In this document: in pieces, positions 18,921 to 28,785 of the stretch
How positions within the stretch are numbered: the first letter of the stretch is position 1
Layout: each line of letters begins with the position of its first letter
NCBI GenBank assembly: GCA_031178475.1
Contig: JAPSIX010000001.1
Span: 1 to 51,151, forward strand
DNA from: Microbacterium sp.
Lineage (GTDB): Bacteria > Actinomycetota > Actinomycetes > Actinomycetales > Microbacteriaceae
Direction of reading: 5' to 3'
DNA: 51,151 bases
The notes under the pieces: model-generated
The model's input: the letters and a program-made list of their open reading frames with translations, nothing else
Told to the model about the DNA's origin: nothing
Database searches by the model: none
Position numbers and translations under genes: made by a program

Positions 18921-19540
18921 ATGCGCTACGAGATCGCGAGCGCGCTCGCCGAGTTCGCGAAGAGTCTCGACGGCGAGAAGCTGAGGAGCGCCTCGCAGAC
19001 CTTGATCGTCGAGGCTCAGAGGAATCGCGCGGCTACGGCCTCTGCGATTGAGGGGCTCAAGGCGCAGGTCGCGGCGAACCAGAAGCTCGTGAGCCAGGTC
19101 GGCGGCACTGTGCAGCGGATCGAGAAGCGCACCGAGGACCGGGCGAGAAAGCTGTCGAGCTGGTCGCCGGGCACGCCTCGGCCACGATGACCGCGAACCT
19201 CGATGCGTCGAACGAGCGGGCCTATCGGATAATCGCCGCGACGGCGAAGCTGGAGGCGCGACAGCTCTGGTCGGTCGCCGCCACGATGTGTCTTGCCCTC
19301 CTGCCGGTGGTCGTGGTCGTCGCTGGGCTCTGGATGGGCATCAGCGGACTCATCACGGGCGCTCAGTGGGCGCTGGACGTGGACGGGAGCGCGTGGCTCG
19401 GCATCGGGCGCTGGCTCGAGGTCGCCGTGGGCCTCGCCGGGGCCGGCTATGGGCTGTTCGTGTCCGTCCGTTGGATCGCCGGCCTCATTGAGACGTGGAA
19501 GGACCGCGGGCTGCCGAAGCGGCCCCGGTGGCGCAAGTAG
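18921..19540 (+). pseudogene. Broken coiled-coil plus two-TM protein, possibly a plasmid/mobilization accessory remnant
   Basis: Two consecutive frames (18921-19190, 19187-19540); no RBS; begins right after the direct repeat. Confidence 0.4.
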
Positions 19541-19570
19541 GCAGATAGCCCCCATCGCCAGCCCGAAGAC

Positions 19571-19600
19571 TTGCCATGTAGGAAAAACCCTACGTATAGT
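19571..19600 (+). promoter_or_regulatory. Sigma-A-like leaderless promoter with overlapping dyad (putative ArsR operator)
   Basis: TTGCCA-N18-TATAGT, ATG 6 nt downstream; GTAGG...CCTAC dyad in the spacer. Confidence 0.65.
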
Positions 19601-19606
19601 TTCAGC

Positions 19607-19960
19607 ATGGCTATCAACACAGTGAAGACAGTGACCGTGTTCGTCTCCGACCAGGACCGTGCGCGCGACTTCTACGTCGACGCGCTCGGACTCGAAGTGA
19701 AGACCGACCAGACCTTCGGCGAGAACCGTTGGCTCGAGGTCGGTGCCCCGAGCGGCACCACCCTTGTGCTGCACAAGCCGTTCCCCGGCATGAGCGCGGG
19801 CGGGGGGCAGGGCACCCTGTTCGCCAGCTCCGACCTCGACGCCGACGTCGCACGCCTGCAAGAGGCCGGCGTGGTCGTCGACGGACCGAACGAGATGCCG
19901 TGGGGTCGGCAGGCGACGTTCTCCGACCCCGACGGCAACGGCTACGCGCTGCAGGGCTGA
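19607..19960 (+). CDS. VOC/glyoxalase family protein
   Basis: VSDQDRARDFY..LG, PWGRQATFSDPDGN. Confidence 0.92.
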   Translation: MAINTVKTVTVFVSDQDRARDFYVDALGLEVKTDQTFGENRWLEVGAPSGTTLVLHKPFPGMSAGGGQGTLFASSDLDADVARLQEAGVVVDGPNEMPWGRQATFSDPDGNGYALQG

Positions 19961-19968
19961 GGTTCGTT

Positions 19969-20307
19969 GTGCCTCGACGCCTCAAGAGCGAGCCGCTGGA
20001 CAACGTCTTCGGGGCGTTGTCCAACCCCACGCGTCGCGACATCCTCGATGCGCTCCTCGGCGGTGAGCACACCGCCGGGGAGCTCGCTGGGAAGTTCGAC
20101 ATGGCCCGCCCCAGCGTCTCCGAGCACCTCCGCTCACTGCGCGAATCCGGACTCGTCGAGGAGCGCCAGGAGGGTCGGCACCGCTTCTACCGCGTCACGG
20201 GAGAGCCGATGGCCGAGCTGATCGACTGGCTCACTCCCTACGAACGCTTCTGGCGCGACCGGATGACCGCACTCGGCGGCGTTCTCGACGAGATGGACGA
20301 AGAATGA
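19969..20307 (+). CDS. ArsR/SmtB-family regulator
   Basis: FGALSNPTRRDIL, SVSEHLRSLRESGLV. Confidence 0.9.
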   Translation: MPRRLKSEPLDNVFGALSNPTRRDILDALLGGEHTAGELAGKFDMARPSVSEHLRSLRESGLVEERQEGRHRFYRVTGEPMAELIDWLTPYERFWRDRMTALGGVLDEMDEE

Positions 20308-20756
20308 CCACACATGACGACCTGACCCGAATCGAGGTTGACCAGTACTTCCAGCATCCGCCATCCAAGGTGTGGCGTGCGCTCACGAGCCCGGAACTCA
20401 TGGCGCAGTGGCTGATGCCAAATGACTTCGAACCTGTAGTGGGCCACTGGTTCACTTTCTGGGCACGTCCGATCGCGCAGACCGGATTCTCCGGACAGAT
20501 CTCATGCCAGGTGCTCGACATGCGGCCCCAGAAGATGCTGCGGATCAGCTGGGCCGACGCCGACAACACCGACGGGATGGCGACCACGGTCACCTGGATG
20601 CTGCAGCCCGAAGGGAAGGGTACCCGCCTATTCCTCGAGCACGCCGGGTTCGATCTCGACGACCCCACGCAGCAGCTCGCCCGGAAGTTCATGAACGGCG
20701 GGTGGCGCAGCCACGTCCTGCGTCGCCTCAGCGAACTGCTCCAGCACCTGCACTGA
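20304..20756 (+). CDS. SRPBCC/AHSA1 domain protein
   Basis: PPSKVWRALTSPELMAQW, GTRLFLEHAGF, GGW. Confidence 0.9.
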   Translation: MTTHDDLTRIEVDQYFQHPPSKVWRALTSPELMAQWLMPNDFEPVVGHWFTFWARPIAQTGFSGQISCQVLDMRPQKMLRISWADADNTDGMATTVTWMLQPEGKGTRLFLEHAGFDLDDPTQQLARKFMNGGWRSHVLRRLSELLQHLH

Positions 20757-20834
20757 TCGGCCCCGATCGATCCGGCACCAACCGCCCACGGCTGACGCAT
20801 GTCAGCGAACGGAAAAGAACAAGAAAGGCCAACC

Positions 20835-21212
20835 ATGGCACGCACCATCGCTGAGAAGCTCCAGATAAAGCCCGGTACCGAGCTACTCCTCGGCCAATCC
20901 TCGGCCGAGCAGCGAGGGCTACTCGACCCCCTCCCCGAGGACGTCACCGTGGTCGACGGGATCGACCGCGACACCAGCGGCGTCGCGGTGATGTTCGCCC
21001 ACAGCCGCGACGAGCTCGACACCCTCTTGAACGACGTGTTCCCCAAGTTCACATCCCCGAAGGCCGTGTGGATCGGCTACCCCAAGGGCAACAAGACCGA
21101 CATCAACCGCGACAGCATCTGGAAGCGCGCCGAGGAGTCCGGATGGACGCTCAACGGCAACATCTCGCTCTCGAACACCTGGTCGTCGGTCCGCCTCAAA
21201 CCCATGAACTGA
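20835..21212 (+). CDS. Conserved hypothetical protein (DUF3052-like)
   Basis: AEKLQIKPG, WIGYPK..TDINRD, WSSVRL; GAAAGG RBS. Confidence 0.7.
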   Translation: MARTIAEKLQIKPGTELLLGQSSAEQRGLLDPLPEDVTVVDGIDRDTSGVAVMFAHSRDELDTLLNDVFPKFTSPKAVWIGYPKGNKTDINRDSIWKRAEESGWTLNGNISLSNTWSSVRLKPMN

Positions 21213-21225
21213 TCGAGGACACGAC

Positions 21226-22194
21226 ATGACGACAGGACAGACGGAACCGAGGCCGAGCGCAGACAACGCGATCCAGGCGCGCGACCTACGGATCGAATAC
21301 CCCAAACACACGGTGTTCGAGGCATTGGACATGAGCGCCTCCGCCGGGAGGATCACCGCCGTCCTCGGGCGCAATGGCGCGGGGAAGACCACACTGGTGC
21401 GTGCCCTCGCAACCCTGCAGCCCTACCAGTCCGGGTCACTGCGCGTACTTGGACATGAAGTGAAGGACTCCGCTCAGATGGTGCGCGGGATCGTGGGCCT
21501 CGCGGGCCAGCACGCAGCCGTCGTGGCCGAGCTGACCGGAGTCGAGAACCTCCGCATGGTCGCCCGGCTCTACGGCCTTTCGCCGAAGACAGCACGCTCG
21601 GCAACGGCTGCGGTGATCGACGAGTTCGCACTCAGCGAGTTCGCCGACCGGCGCGTCGCCACCTACTCCGGCGGACAGCGCCGCCGCCTCGACCTCGCGG
21701 CGACATTCGTGAACAGGCCCTCGCTGCTGCTGCTCGACGAGCCGACCACCGGGCTGGACCCCCACAGCCGCAACAGCCTCTGGGAGTCCATTCGACACTT
21801 GCCCGCGAACGGGACATCGGTGCTGCTGACCACCCAGCACCTGGAGGAGGCGCAGGCCCTGGCCGACGACGTCGTGGTCATCGACGAGGGCCGCGTGATC
21901 CGGTCTGGAACGCCCCACGAACTGCGCCGCACGATGGCGAGCACCACGCTGCGCCTCGTCACCCACGCACCGCTGTCCAGCGACGAGTCCACCGCGCTGG
22001 CGGAACGGTTACGCGGCGAGGTCGGCGAACTTCGGCACAACGAGCTGACGGTGACGGGGCAGTTCGACCTCGACACCGCCCATCGCGCGGTGACCGAGCA
22101 GGGGATCTCCTCCGACATTGCTGAGTTCTCCGTGTCGCCGCCGTCTCTCGACGACGTCTTCCTAACCATGACCGGAAGCGAGGCGCGCACATGA
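21226..22194 (+). CDS. DrrA-like ABC ATP-binding protein
   Basis: GRNGAGKTT, YSGGQRRRLDLA, LDEPTTGLDP, PSLDDVFL. Confidence 0.92.
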   Translation: MTTGQTEPRPSADNAIQARDLRIEYPKHTVFEALDMSASAGRITAVLGRNGAGKTTLVRALATLQPYQSGSLRVLGHEVKDSAQMVRGIVGLAGQHAAVVAELTGVENLRMVARLYGLSPKTARSATAAVIDEFALSEFADRRVATYSGGQRRRLDLAATFVNRPSLLLLDEPTTGLDPHSRNSLWESIRHLPANGTSVLLTTQHLEEAQALADDVVVIDEGRVIRSGTPHELRRTMASTTLRLVTHAPLSSDESTALAERLRGEVGELRHNELTVTGQFDLDTAHRAVTEQGISSDIAEFSVSPPSLDDVFLTMTGSEART

Positions 22195-23006
22195 CCCCCA
22201 CCATCCACGCAAGATCGGCGATTCCACCCAGCTCAGCGGGCCTTTCCGCCACCAGCGCCACGATCGCATCGAAGACGCTGAAGGTGTTCCTCCGCGACCC
22301 GCAGGCCGTGTTCCCCACCCTCCTACAGGGCGTGCTCTTCCTGCTCGTGTTCCGGTACGTCTTCGCCGGCGCGATCGACTCCGCTCCACTGGCGTACGTG
22401 GACTACATGACACCCGGCATCATCACCACCACGCTCCTGTTCGGCTCGTCCCAGGCAGCGGTCACCGTCGCCCGGGAACGCTCCGCCGGGTTCACGGACC
22501 GCGTGTTGTCACTGCCGGTAGCCCGCCTCGGGGTCACACTGGGACGGCTCACCGCCCAGTCGACAATCGTCGTCGCCGCAGCGCTCACAACACTCATCGC
22601 GGCCTTCATCACCGGCTTCCGGCCCCACGCCGGCGTGGGTGAACTGGCTGTAGCGTTGGCGATGCTGATGCTCTACTCGATCGCGTTCGCTGCGTTGTTC
22701 CTCGCGCTCGGGTCCGCGGCGTCCAGCCCGGAGGCGGCCCAAGGGCTGGCGTTCATCGCTATCCCGCTCACCTTCATCTCCAGCGCGATCGTCCCCACCG
22801 CCTCGATGCCGAGCTGGCTGGCAGCGGTAGCCGACTTCCAGCCGCTCACCCCGATGATCGACGCACTGCGTGGTCTGACTCAGGCCGACCTGATCGGCAT
22901 GGACCAGAACGCCCTCACAGTCGCCATCATCTGGTCACTCGCGATACTGCTGGGATCGGTGGTCCTTGCCGCACGGCTCGCAGCGCGCACCAAGGCCCTC
23001 AACTAA
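22191..23006 (+). CDS. DrrB-like ABC-2 permease
   Basis: YVDYMTPG, FISSAIVP..MPSWL, QPLT..DALRGL. Confidence 0.9.
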   Translation: MTPTIHARSAIPPSSAGLSATSATIASKTLKVFLRDPQAVFPTLLQGVLFLLVFRYVFAGAIDSAPLAYVDYMTPGIITTTLLFGSSQAAVTVARERSAGFTDRVLSLPVARLGVTLGRLTAQSTIVVAAALTTLIAAFITGFRPHAGVGELAVALAMLMLYSIAFAALFLALGSAASSPEAAQGLAFIAIPLTFISSAIVPTASMPSWLAAVADFQPLTPMIDALRGLTQADLIGMDQNALTVAIIWSLAILLGSVVLAARLAARTKALN

Positions 23007-23259
23007 CTCGCCGTGGCCAGCGACCGGGACGTCGTCATGGTACGCGATGCACGCACGTCCACGTCGAGCCATACGCCGGGATCGGACCCGTTCGGGACTG
23101 TTGCTCAGGCGCTTGCCCGGGCCTCGTTCATCAGTTCAAGTGCCGTCCGAAGTGCCGCAACTCGGTTAGTCGGCCACCCGCACACGTCTGTTCTGGACCA
23201 GTCACCTCGACCGCTACACGGCGCACCTCGCCGCAGGCCCCTACCCCAAGGAGTGCAGA

Positions 23260-23700
23260 ATGACCGAGACCACCACGATTACGATCATCCGCCAGGTACC
23301 CGTCGGCGTGGAGCGAGCCTTCGATGCGTGGGTCGACCCCGCCGAGCTCACCCAGTGGTGGTGGCCGCAGTGGCCGGACACAACCTACGATCTCGACCCG
23401 CGCGAGCGAGGCGGCTACCGGATCTACAGCTCCGCCGTCGGGATGGGCGTCATCGGGACCTTCACCGCCGTCTCCTGTCCCGGCCTACTCGAGATGACCT
23501 GGGCCTGGGTCAATAGCGACGAGCTCACCCAGGTCGACAGCACTTCCGTGATCGACACCGTCGAGGTGCGGTTCACGCCCACGGCTGACGGCACCGAGGT
23601 CACAGTGCGCCACACCTCGACCGAGCACGACACCGACGGCGGGGTTGAGCAAGGTTGGAACGACGTCATGGACCGACTCCCCTGCCGTTTCACTGCCTGA
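23260..23700 (+). CDS. SRPBCC/AHSA1 domain protein
   Basis: ERAFDAWVDPAELTQWW, GTEVTVRH, QGW; AAGGAG RBS. Confidence 0.88.
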   Translation: MTETTTITIIRQVPVGVERAFDAWVDPAELTQWWWPQWPDTTYDLDPRERGGYRIYSSAVGMGVIGTFTAVSCPGLLEMTWAWVNSDELTQVDSTSVIDTVEVRFTPTADGTEVTVRHTSTEHDTDGGVEQGWNDVMDRLPCRFTA

Positions 23701-24007
23701 GTCCCGCCGCGCACGGCGCGCCGTCACCTCGCGTGTGAAGGGTCACTCCAGTACCGCCGAGCACGGCCCAGGACGTGCGCCGCAGTGTCTCCCAGCGCAC
23801 GCGACTACTACCGGCCTATCGGGAGAGAGTTCATCGGCCGGCCGCGTCGCGCCCGAGGCACGGGAGATCCGCGAGCTGCTGCCGCGATACGCGCACGACA
23901 ACGTCTTCGACGTCACGATCTATCGCCCAGGGCTGCGAGCGATCCACGAGGAAGGCGAGTCGGGACGCAACGCACAGCCGAGACCGGCATGAGTGGATGA
24001 TAACGAA

Positions 24008-24034
24008 GACCCCGTGACCTAAGACTACGGGGTC
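24008..24034. terminator. Hairpin between convergent genes
   Basis: GACCCCGT-N11-ACGGGGTC; no clear U-tract. Confidence 0.35.
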
Positions 24035-24074
24035 CTGAGCTGATTGTTTTGCTCCAAATGGGGCGTCATGACGC

Positions 24075-24635
24075 CTACTTTCCCACCCGGTAGTGGAGAT
24101 GCGCCATTCCATTCTTGAACCGGTGCACGTCAACGAGCTCCAGTGATCGTCGAATTCCCTCCGGGAACAGCTTCTGCCCGCCGCCGACGAGCACGGGTGC
24201 GACGAACAGATGGCACTCGTCCACCAGGTCAGCCCGCCAAGCTGCGGCGGCGAGATCCGCGCCGCTGATATTGAGGTCCTGGGTGGCTTCCTCCTTCAGG
24301 GCTCGGACTAGCTCGGGATCGAACTCACGTTCAATGCGGGTGTTCCTCGTGGAGACAGCGTCAAGCGTGCTGGAGAACACGATCTTCTCCTTCGACTGCC
24401 AGATCTCGGCGAAGTCAGCACTACCCGGCGATTGCTCCGCGGCCGTCGGATCGGTCTCCCAGCCGATCATCATCTCGTACATCTTGCGGCCGTAAAGGAA
24501 GGTTCCGACGTCGCGCTCAGCGTCGTTGATGTATCCCAGCACTTCTTCGTCCGGAACTGCCCAGTCAAACCCTCCTTCGGCGTCATTGATGTAACCGTCC
24601 AACGACGCGAGAAACGTATATGTCAGCTTTGCCAT
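24075..24635 (-). CDS. Dihydrofolate reductase-like (RibD C-terminal domain) protein
   Basis: SLDGYI, LYGRKMYE, KIVFSSTL, PVLVGGG..LF. Confidence 0.9.
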   Translation of the reverse strand: MAKLTYTFLASLDGYINDAEGGFDWAVPDEEVLGYINDAERDVGTFLYGRKMYEMMIGWETDPTAAEQSPGSADFAEIWQSKEKIVFSSTLDAVSTRNTRIEREFDPELVRALKEEATQDLNISGADLAAAAWRADLVDECHLFVAPVLVGGGQKLFPEGIRRSLELVDVHRFKNGMAHLHYRVGK

Positions 24636-24686
24636 GTGGTGGCCCTCCTCAACCATCGACTCCTGCCGCAAGCGCGGCGAGCTAGT

Positions 24687-24705
24687 ATGTACACAGTGTG
24701 TACAT
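24687..24705. promoter_or_regulatory. Putative TetR operator
   Basis: Perfect palindrome ATGTACACA-G-TGTGTACAT between divergent genes. Confidence 0.7.
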
Positions 24706-24758
24706 CGACTGTAAGGTGGCAGTGAGCCACGCGTCAAGAGATCAGGAGATGGCCTGCG

Positions 24759-25388
24759 GTGGACACAGTGAGTCGGACTAGTTACCACCACGGCGACCTG
24801 CGCGCGGCGCTGATCGAGACTGGGTTGGAACTGACGCGCGCAGGTGGCCCGGATGCATTGCGCCTACGGGAAGCCACGCGCAGGGCTGGAGTCACAGCAC
24901 GTGCGGCCTACCGGCACTTTGCTGACCGCGACGCTCTCTTGGCGGCCGTCGCCGCTAGGATTCAGGACAAGATGGCCCAGGCCATGCGTGAACAGATCGA
25001 CATCAGCGAGGCCGACGGTTCGGTCGATCGTGCGATAGCTCGGTTGCGGGGCGTCGGATTGGGGTACGTAGAATTCGCCGTGAACGAGCCCGGATGGTTC
25101 CAGGTCGCATTCTTCACGCCTGATGGAATTGTGCGCCCCGATGGTCGAACGCCGCCTCCCCTCGACATGCTGCAGGAAGCTCTCGACGGTCTCGTGAACG
25201 CCGGCTCGTTGAGTGCCGGGCGGCGTGAAGGAGCCGAATGGTCGTGTTGGGCTACCGTGCACGGTTTTGCTGAACTCGCTATACACGGGCCGCTGCATGG
25301 TCAAGAGTCCGCGAACCTCCGCTTGTTTGCCACGCAAGCGGTTGATGACGTCATTGCGGGCATCCTCCGGGACGAAGGCACTGCATAA
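24759..25388 (+). CDS. TetR-family regulator (WHG-type C-terminal domain)
   Basis: YHHGDLRAAL, AAYRHFADR, WATVHGFAEL; start may be 24768. Confidence 0.92.
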   Translation: MDTVSRTSYHHGDLRAALIETGLELTRAGGPDALRLREATRRAGVTARAAYRHFADRDALLAAVAARIQDKMAQAMREQIDISEADGSVDRAIARLRGVGLGYVEFAVNEPGWFQVAFFTPDGIVRPDGRTPPPLDMLQEALDGLVNAGSLSAGRREGAEWSCWATVHGFAELAIHGPLHGQESANLRLFATQAVDDVIAGILRDEGTA

Positions 25389-25511
25389 CTGTGCAGTCTG
25401 ACCACGAGTGTCACAACTCCGACATGCGCTAGCCCGTTTCGATCACGTTCGTTCCGCGCTCGTCGTCGTGCCCGTGGCAGGCGCGCCAGACGTGATCGGG
25501 TCCGGGTGATA

Positions 25512-26156
25512 TCAGGGACGACGCAGGTACCGAATCGCCGGACGCACCCCATAGCGTGCGATATTCACTTTGCCGTAGGTCTTCACATCTCCTCGAGGAC
25601 CGACGAACGCAGCGGTTGTCGAGGTTCCGCTCTCGGCCTTCGGCTGGGACCGAGTCCACCACCAGGAGCAGCCTCGACTGACCCCGTCGACATCTATATA
25701 GTCTTTCTCGACCGACTTGTCGTAGACGTAGAGTCGGCGACCGGATTCACGCTGTTCAACGGCGAAGGGCGTGGCCACGGTTCTCCGATCCAGCCCCTCC
25801 CCGACGCCGGCGTTCGTCAGGGAGCGGATTTCATCAACGCTCAGCAAGAAGACACGATCAGAGGTATCGGGGGTGGCAGGACCGTTGTTCCCGCAATGGG
25901 TCAGCTGGATACGTCCGTACTCTTCGTCGGTGAACGCTGTGGTGAGAAACTCATCGCAGAGCCACTTCCGGAGCGACGACTCGCGCCAGGTGGTTTCCCG
26001 AAGATCCTCGTTGTAGCGCTGACAGTCGAGAACCCATCGGCTCAGCAATAGATAACCCTGGTCGGGCTCACCGTCGACGACCAACCACTCGATCGGCGTT
26101 GGACTGGGGCACTCCTGTGGCCACGTCCCGACTGTGATGGCCTCTCCCACGATCAT
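25512..26156 (-). CDS. DUF6273-like protein
   Basis: IEWLV, LLLS, TWRESSLRKWL..F..AF, DRVFLLS, WWWTRS, GVRPA. Confidence 0.7.
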   Translation of the reverse strand: MIVGEAITVGTWPQECPSPTPIEWLVVDGEPDQGYLLLSRWVLDCQRYNEDLRETTWRESSLRKWLCDEFLTTAFTDEEYGRIQLTHCGNNGPATPDTSDRVFLLSVDEIRSLTNAGVGEGLDRRTVATPFAVEQRESGRRLYVYDKSVEKDYIDVDGVSRGCSWWWTRSQPKAESGTSTTAAFVGPRGDVKTYGKVNIARYGVRPAIRYLRRP

Positions 26157-26281
26157 CGTTCGATCTTCTCACGGTGCAGCGGAGACCACTCCGCGGCGCA
26201 AGAGTCCTGACCGGGAGGGACTGGTTGCAGGCGATGCCAATCGAAGTGCACGCGGGGCGCAGCTACTGAGTTCGTTTCTCA

Positions 26282-26318
26282 ACGAGTGCGGACTCGTCGC
26301 CGTCAACGTGCACTGACC
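26282..26318 (+). repeat. 37-bp direct repeat, copy 2 (orphan response-regulator tail)
   Basis: ACGAGTGCGGACTCGTCGCCGTCAACGTGCACTGACC. Confidence 0.9.
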
Positions 26319-26380
26319 GACCTGAGAACTGTCAACACTCGCAGACTGACCGCACGCGCCCAGCACGGTGTGCTGGATAC

Positions 26381-27121
26381 ATGATCGAAATACGCAATCT
26401 CACGAAGAACCACGGCAGCCGCCGCGTCGTCGATGACATCTCCTTCGACGCCGCACCGGGGCGCATCACCGGGTTCCTCGGACCCAACGGCGCGGGCAAG
26501 TCCTCGACCATGCGCATCCTGCTCGGGCTCGACCGTGCGACTTCCGGCACCGCATTGATCGACGGCGTCCCGTACAAGGACATCGACCGGCCGCTGTGGA
26601 CCGTCGGATCGATGCTCGATGGCCCCGGCGCGGCGAAGGGCCGCACCGCACGCGCACACCTGTCCTGGGTCGCCCAGTCCAACGGCGTCCCGAAGCACCG
26701 TATCGATGAAGTCCTCGACATGACCGGGCTCGCCGAAGCCGGTCGCTCCCGGATCCGAGGGTTCTCCCTCGGCATGGGGCAACGTCTCGGCATCGCGGCC
26801 TCCCTGCTCGGCAACCCGCGGATCCTCGTGCTGGACGAGCCGACCAACGGGCTCGATCCCGACGGCATCCGCTGGACCCGCCGGTTCCTGCGTTCACTGG
26901 CCGACGACGGCAAGACGGTCCTCGTCTCCAGCCACCTGATGAACGAGATGGAAGGCATCGCCGACGACATCGTCGTGATCGCCCGGGGCAAGATCCTCGC
27001 CACCGGGACAGCCGCCGAAGTCCAGGGCGAGCATCGCTCGCTAGAGGACGCATTCTTCGCACTCACCGACGGGCAGCAGCAATACAGTTCCGGCAGCACG
27101 GAGCAGGGGGACGCGCGATGA
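26381..27121 (+). CDS. ABC transporter ATP-binding protein (BcrA/LanF-like)
   Basis: GPNGAGKS, FSLGM, LDEPTNGLDP; close paralog of 4395-5102. Confidence 0.93.
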   Translation: MIEIRNLTKNHGSRRVVDDISFDAAPGRITGFLGPNGAGKSSTMRILLGLDRATSGTALIDGVPYKDIDRPLWTVGSMLDGPGAAKGRTARAHLSWVAQSNGVPKHRIDEVLDMTGLAEAGRSRIRGFSLGMGQRLGIAASLLGNPRILVLDEPTNGLDPDGIRWTRRFLRSLADDGKTVLVSSHLMNEMEGIADDIVVIARGKILATGTAAEVQGEHRSLEDAFFALTDGQQQYSSGSTEQGDAR

Positions 27122-27873
27122 CCATGGTCAACCTCATCCGGTCCGAGTCGACCAAGCTGTTCTCGGCTCCGTCGACATGGATCCTCGCCGCCGTCACGAT
27201 CCTGGGCACCTGGCCGCAGGCCTGGTCCAACGCCTCCGCCTATTCCCTGTCGAGCGACGACCCGCGCCTGTTTGGCGAGACCCCGCCGCCGGAGTTCTAC
27301 GGCTTCACCATGGCCGGGTTCGGCTACACCTTCATCGTCGTCCTCGGCGCACTCTGGGCCGCCAGCGAGTACGGCGGCACCCGGCAGATCGCAACCACTT
27401 TGACCGCGACTCCTCGCCGTGGCCGGATCATCGCTGTCAAGGCCGCGCTGCTCGCGGTCACGACCGCCGTCATCGCGTTCCTCACGATGGGCGGGGCGAT
27501 CATGATCACCCACGCCGCCGCGGACGACGGTATCCACCCGATCCTGCTCACACCGCGGATCTGGGAGCTGATCGGTGGCCTCACCGCTGCGTGGACGCTC
27601 ACCGCACTGATTGCGTTCGCGCTCGGCACCCTCGCCCGCACCGCGATCGTGCCGCTGCTGGTGCTGTTACCGCTCGTGGTCGGGCTCGGGTCCTTCCTCG
27701 CCGGCATCTGGAACGTCGTGGCCTATTTCCCGATCACCTCCGGCTCGGCGCTCTACACCCCGCCCGGATCGGCCGGCGTCCTCGAACCCGGACTCGGCGG
27801 GCTCGTGCACCTGGCCTGGGCACTCGTGCTGCTGGCGGCAGCCGGTCTCGCGTTCACCCGACGAGATGCGTGA
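27118..27873 (+). CDS. ABC transporter permease
   Basis: SEYGG..QIATTLTATPRR; six TM segments. Confidence 0.87.
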   Translation: MTMVNLIRSESTKLFSAPSTWILAAVTILGTWPQAWSNASAYSLSSDDPRLFGETPPPEFYGFTMAGFGYTFIVVLGALWAASEYGGTRQIATTLTATPRRGRIIAVKAALLAVTTAVIAFLTMGGAIMITHAAADDGIHPILLTPRIWELIGGLTAAWTLTALIAFALGTLARTAIVPLLVLLPLVVGLGSFLAGIWNVVAYFPITSGSALYTPPGSAGVLEPGLGGLVHLAWALVLLAAAGLAFTRRDA

Positions 27874-27883
27874 GGAGGTCGCC

Positions 27884-28627
27884 ATGTTCTCTCTCCTGCG
27901 CAGCGAGCTCACCAAGGCGCTGAGCCTGCCGAGCATCGCCATCACGACCCTCGCCGCCGTGGTCGTCCCGCCCCTGCTGGCGCTCGTCACGGGACTCAAC
28001 TTCCAGCCCACCGATCATCGCTGGGACGGCTTCCCGATCGAGTCCCACGGTTTCGAGGTCGCTGGCTTCGGTCAGCCCCTCGTCATCCTCGTCGCCGCCC
28101 TCATCGCCGGCACCGAGTTCACCGATCACCAGCTCCGCACCACCCTCACCGCCACCCCGCGACGCCTGCGCCTGCTGCTGGCCAAACTCGCCATCATCGC
28201 CGGGGTCGCCGCCGTGATCGCGGCGGTCGCCACGACCGCTGCGGTTGTCCTCAAACACGCCGCCCTCGGCGAGCATGGCCTGGCGTTCTCGGAGTTCACC
28301 GCGGGCATGGCCTGGAATCTCGTCGGCGTCATCGCCAACTACGTCATGATCGCCCTCATCGCCGCCGGGCTGACCGTGATCACCCGCAGCTTCATCGTCA
28401 CGCTGATCGTGCTCGTCCCCATGGTGCTCGGGCTGACGATGAGCCTCGTTCAGGTGGTTCCCGCGCTGAAGTTCCTGCCCGACCTCGCCGGACTCCAACT
28501 GCTCACCGGCTACCCCGGCATGGGACTCCTCGACCCCATTCCGGGCGCACAGATCATGTTGGCGTGGGTACTCGCGCTGAGCGCCGCGGCCGTGACGGTT
28601 CTTATTCGGCGAGATGTCAACGGGTAG
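27884..28627 (+). CDS. ABC transporter permease
   Basis: GAGGAGG RBS; EFTDHQLRTTLTATPRR. Confidence 0.87.
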   Translation: MFSLLRSELTKALSLPSIAITTLAAVVVPPLLALVTGLNFQPTDHRWDGFPIESHGFEVAGFGQPLVILVAALIAGTEFTDHQLRTTLTATPRRLRLLLAKLAIIAGVAAVIAAVATTAAVVLKHAALGEHGLAFSEFTAGMAWNLVGVIANYVMIALIAAGLTVITRSFIVTLIVLVPMVLGLTMSLVQVVPALKFLPDLAGLQLLTGYPGMGLLDPIPGAQIMLAWVLALSAAAVTVLIRRDVNG

Positions 28628-28785
28628 CAGCCGCCGGCCTCCGACGACGAATAGCCTGTATCTTGCGTTCAGTTCGGCGTCCCGGCGTCGTAGCTGACCC
28701 GGCCCTCCATCGCGTGCTACGACTGGGGTCGCATCTCCCTCTCGCGGCGTAGGCAGTGCCCACGACACGCTGTTAGCGTTGCTGG

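Noticed and set aside
23013-24000. ORFs 23013-23516 and 23645-23992
   Set aside because: They overlap the SRPBCC gene and show no recognisable motif; possibly debris, but unsupported.
25400-26280. Diversity-generating retroelement
   Set aside because: No reverse transcriptase or template repeat seen in the window.
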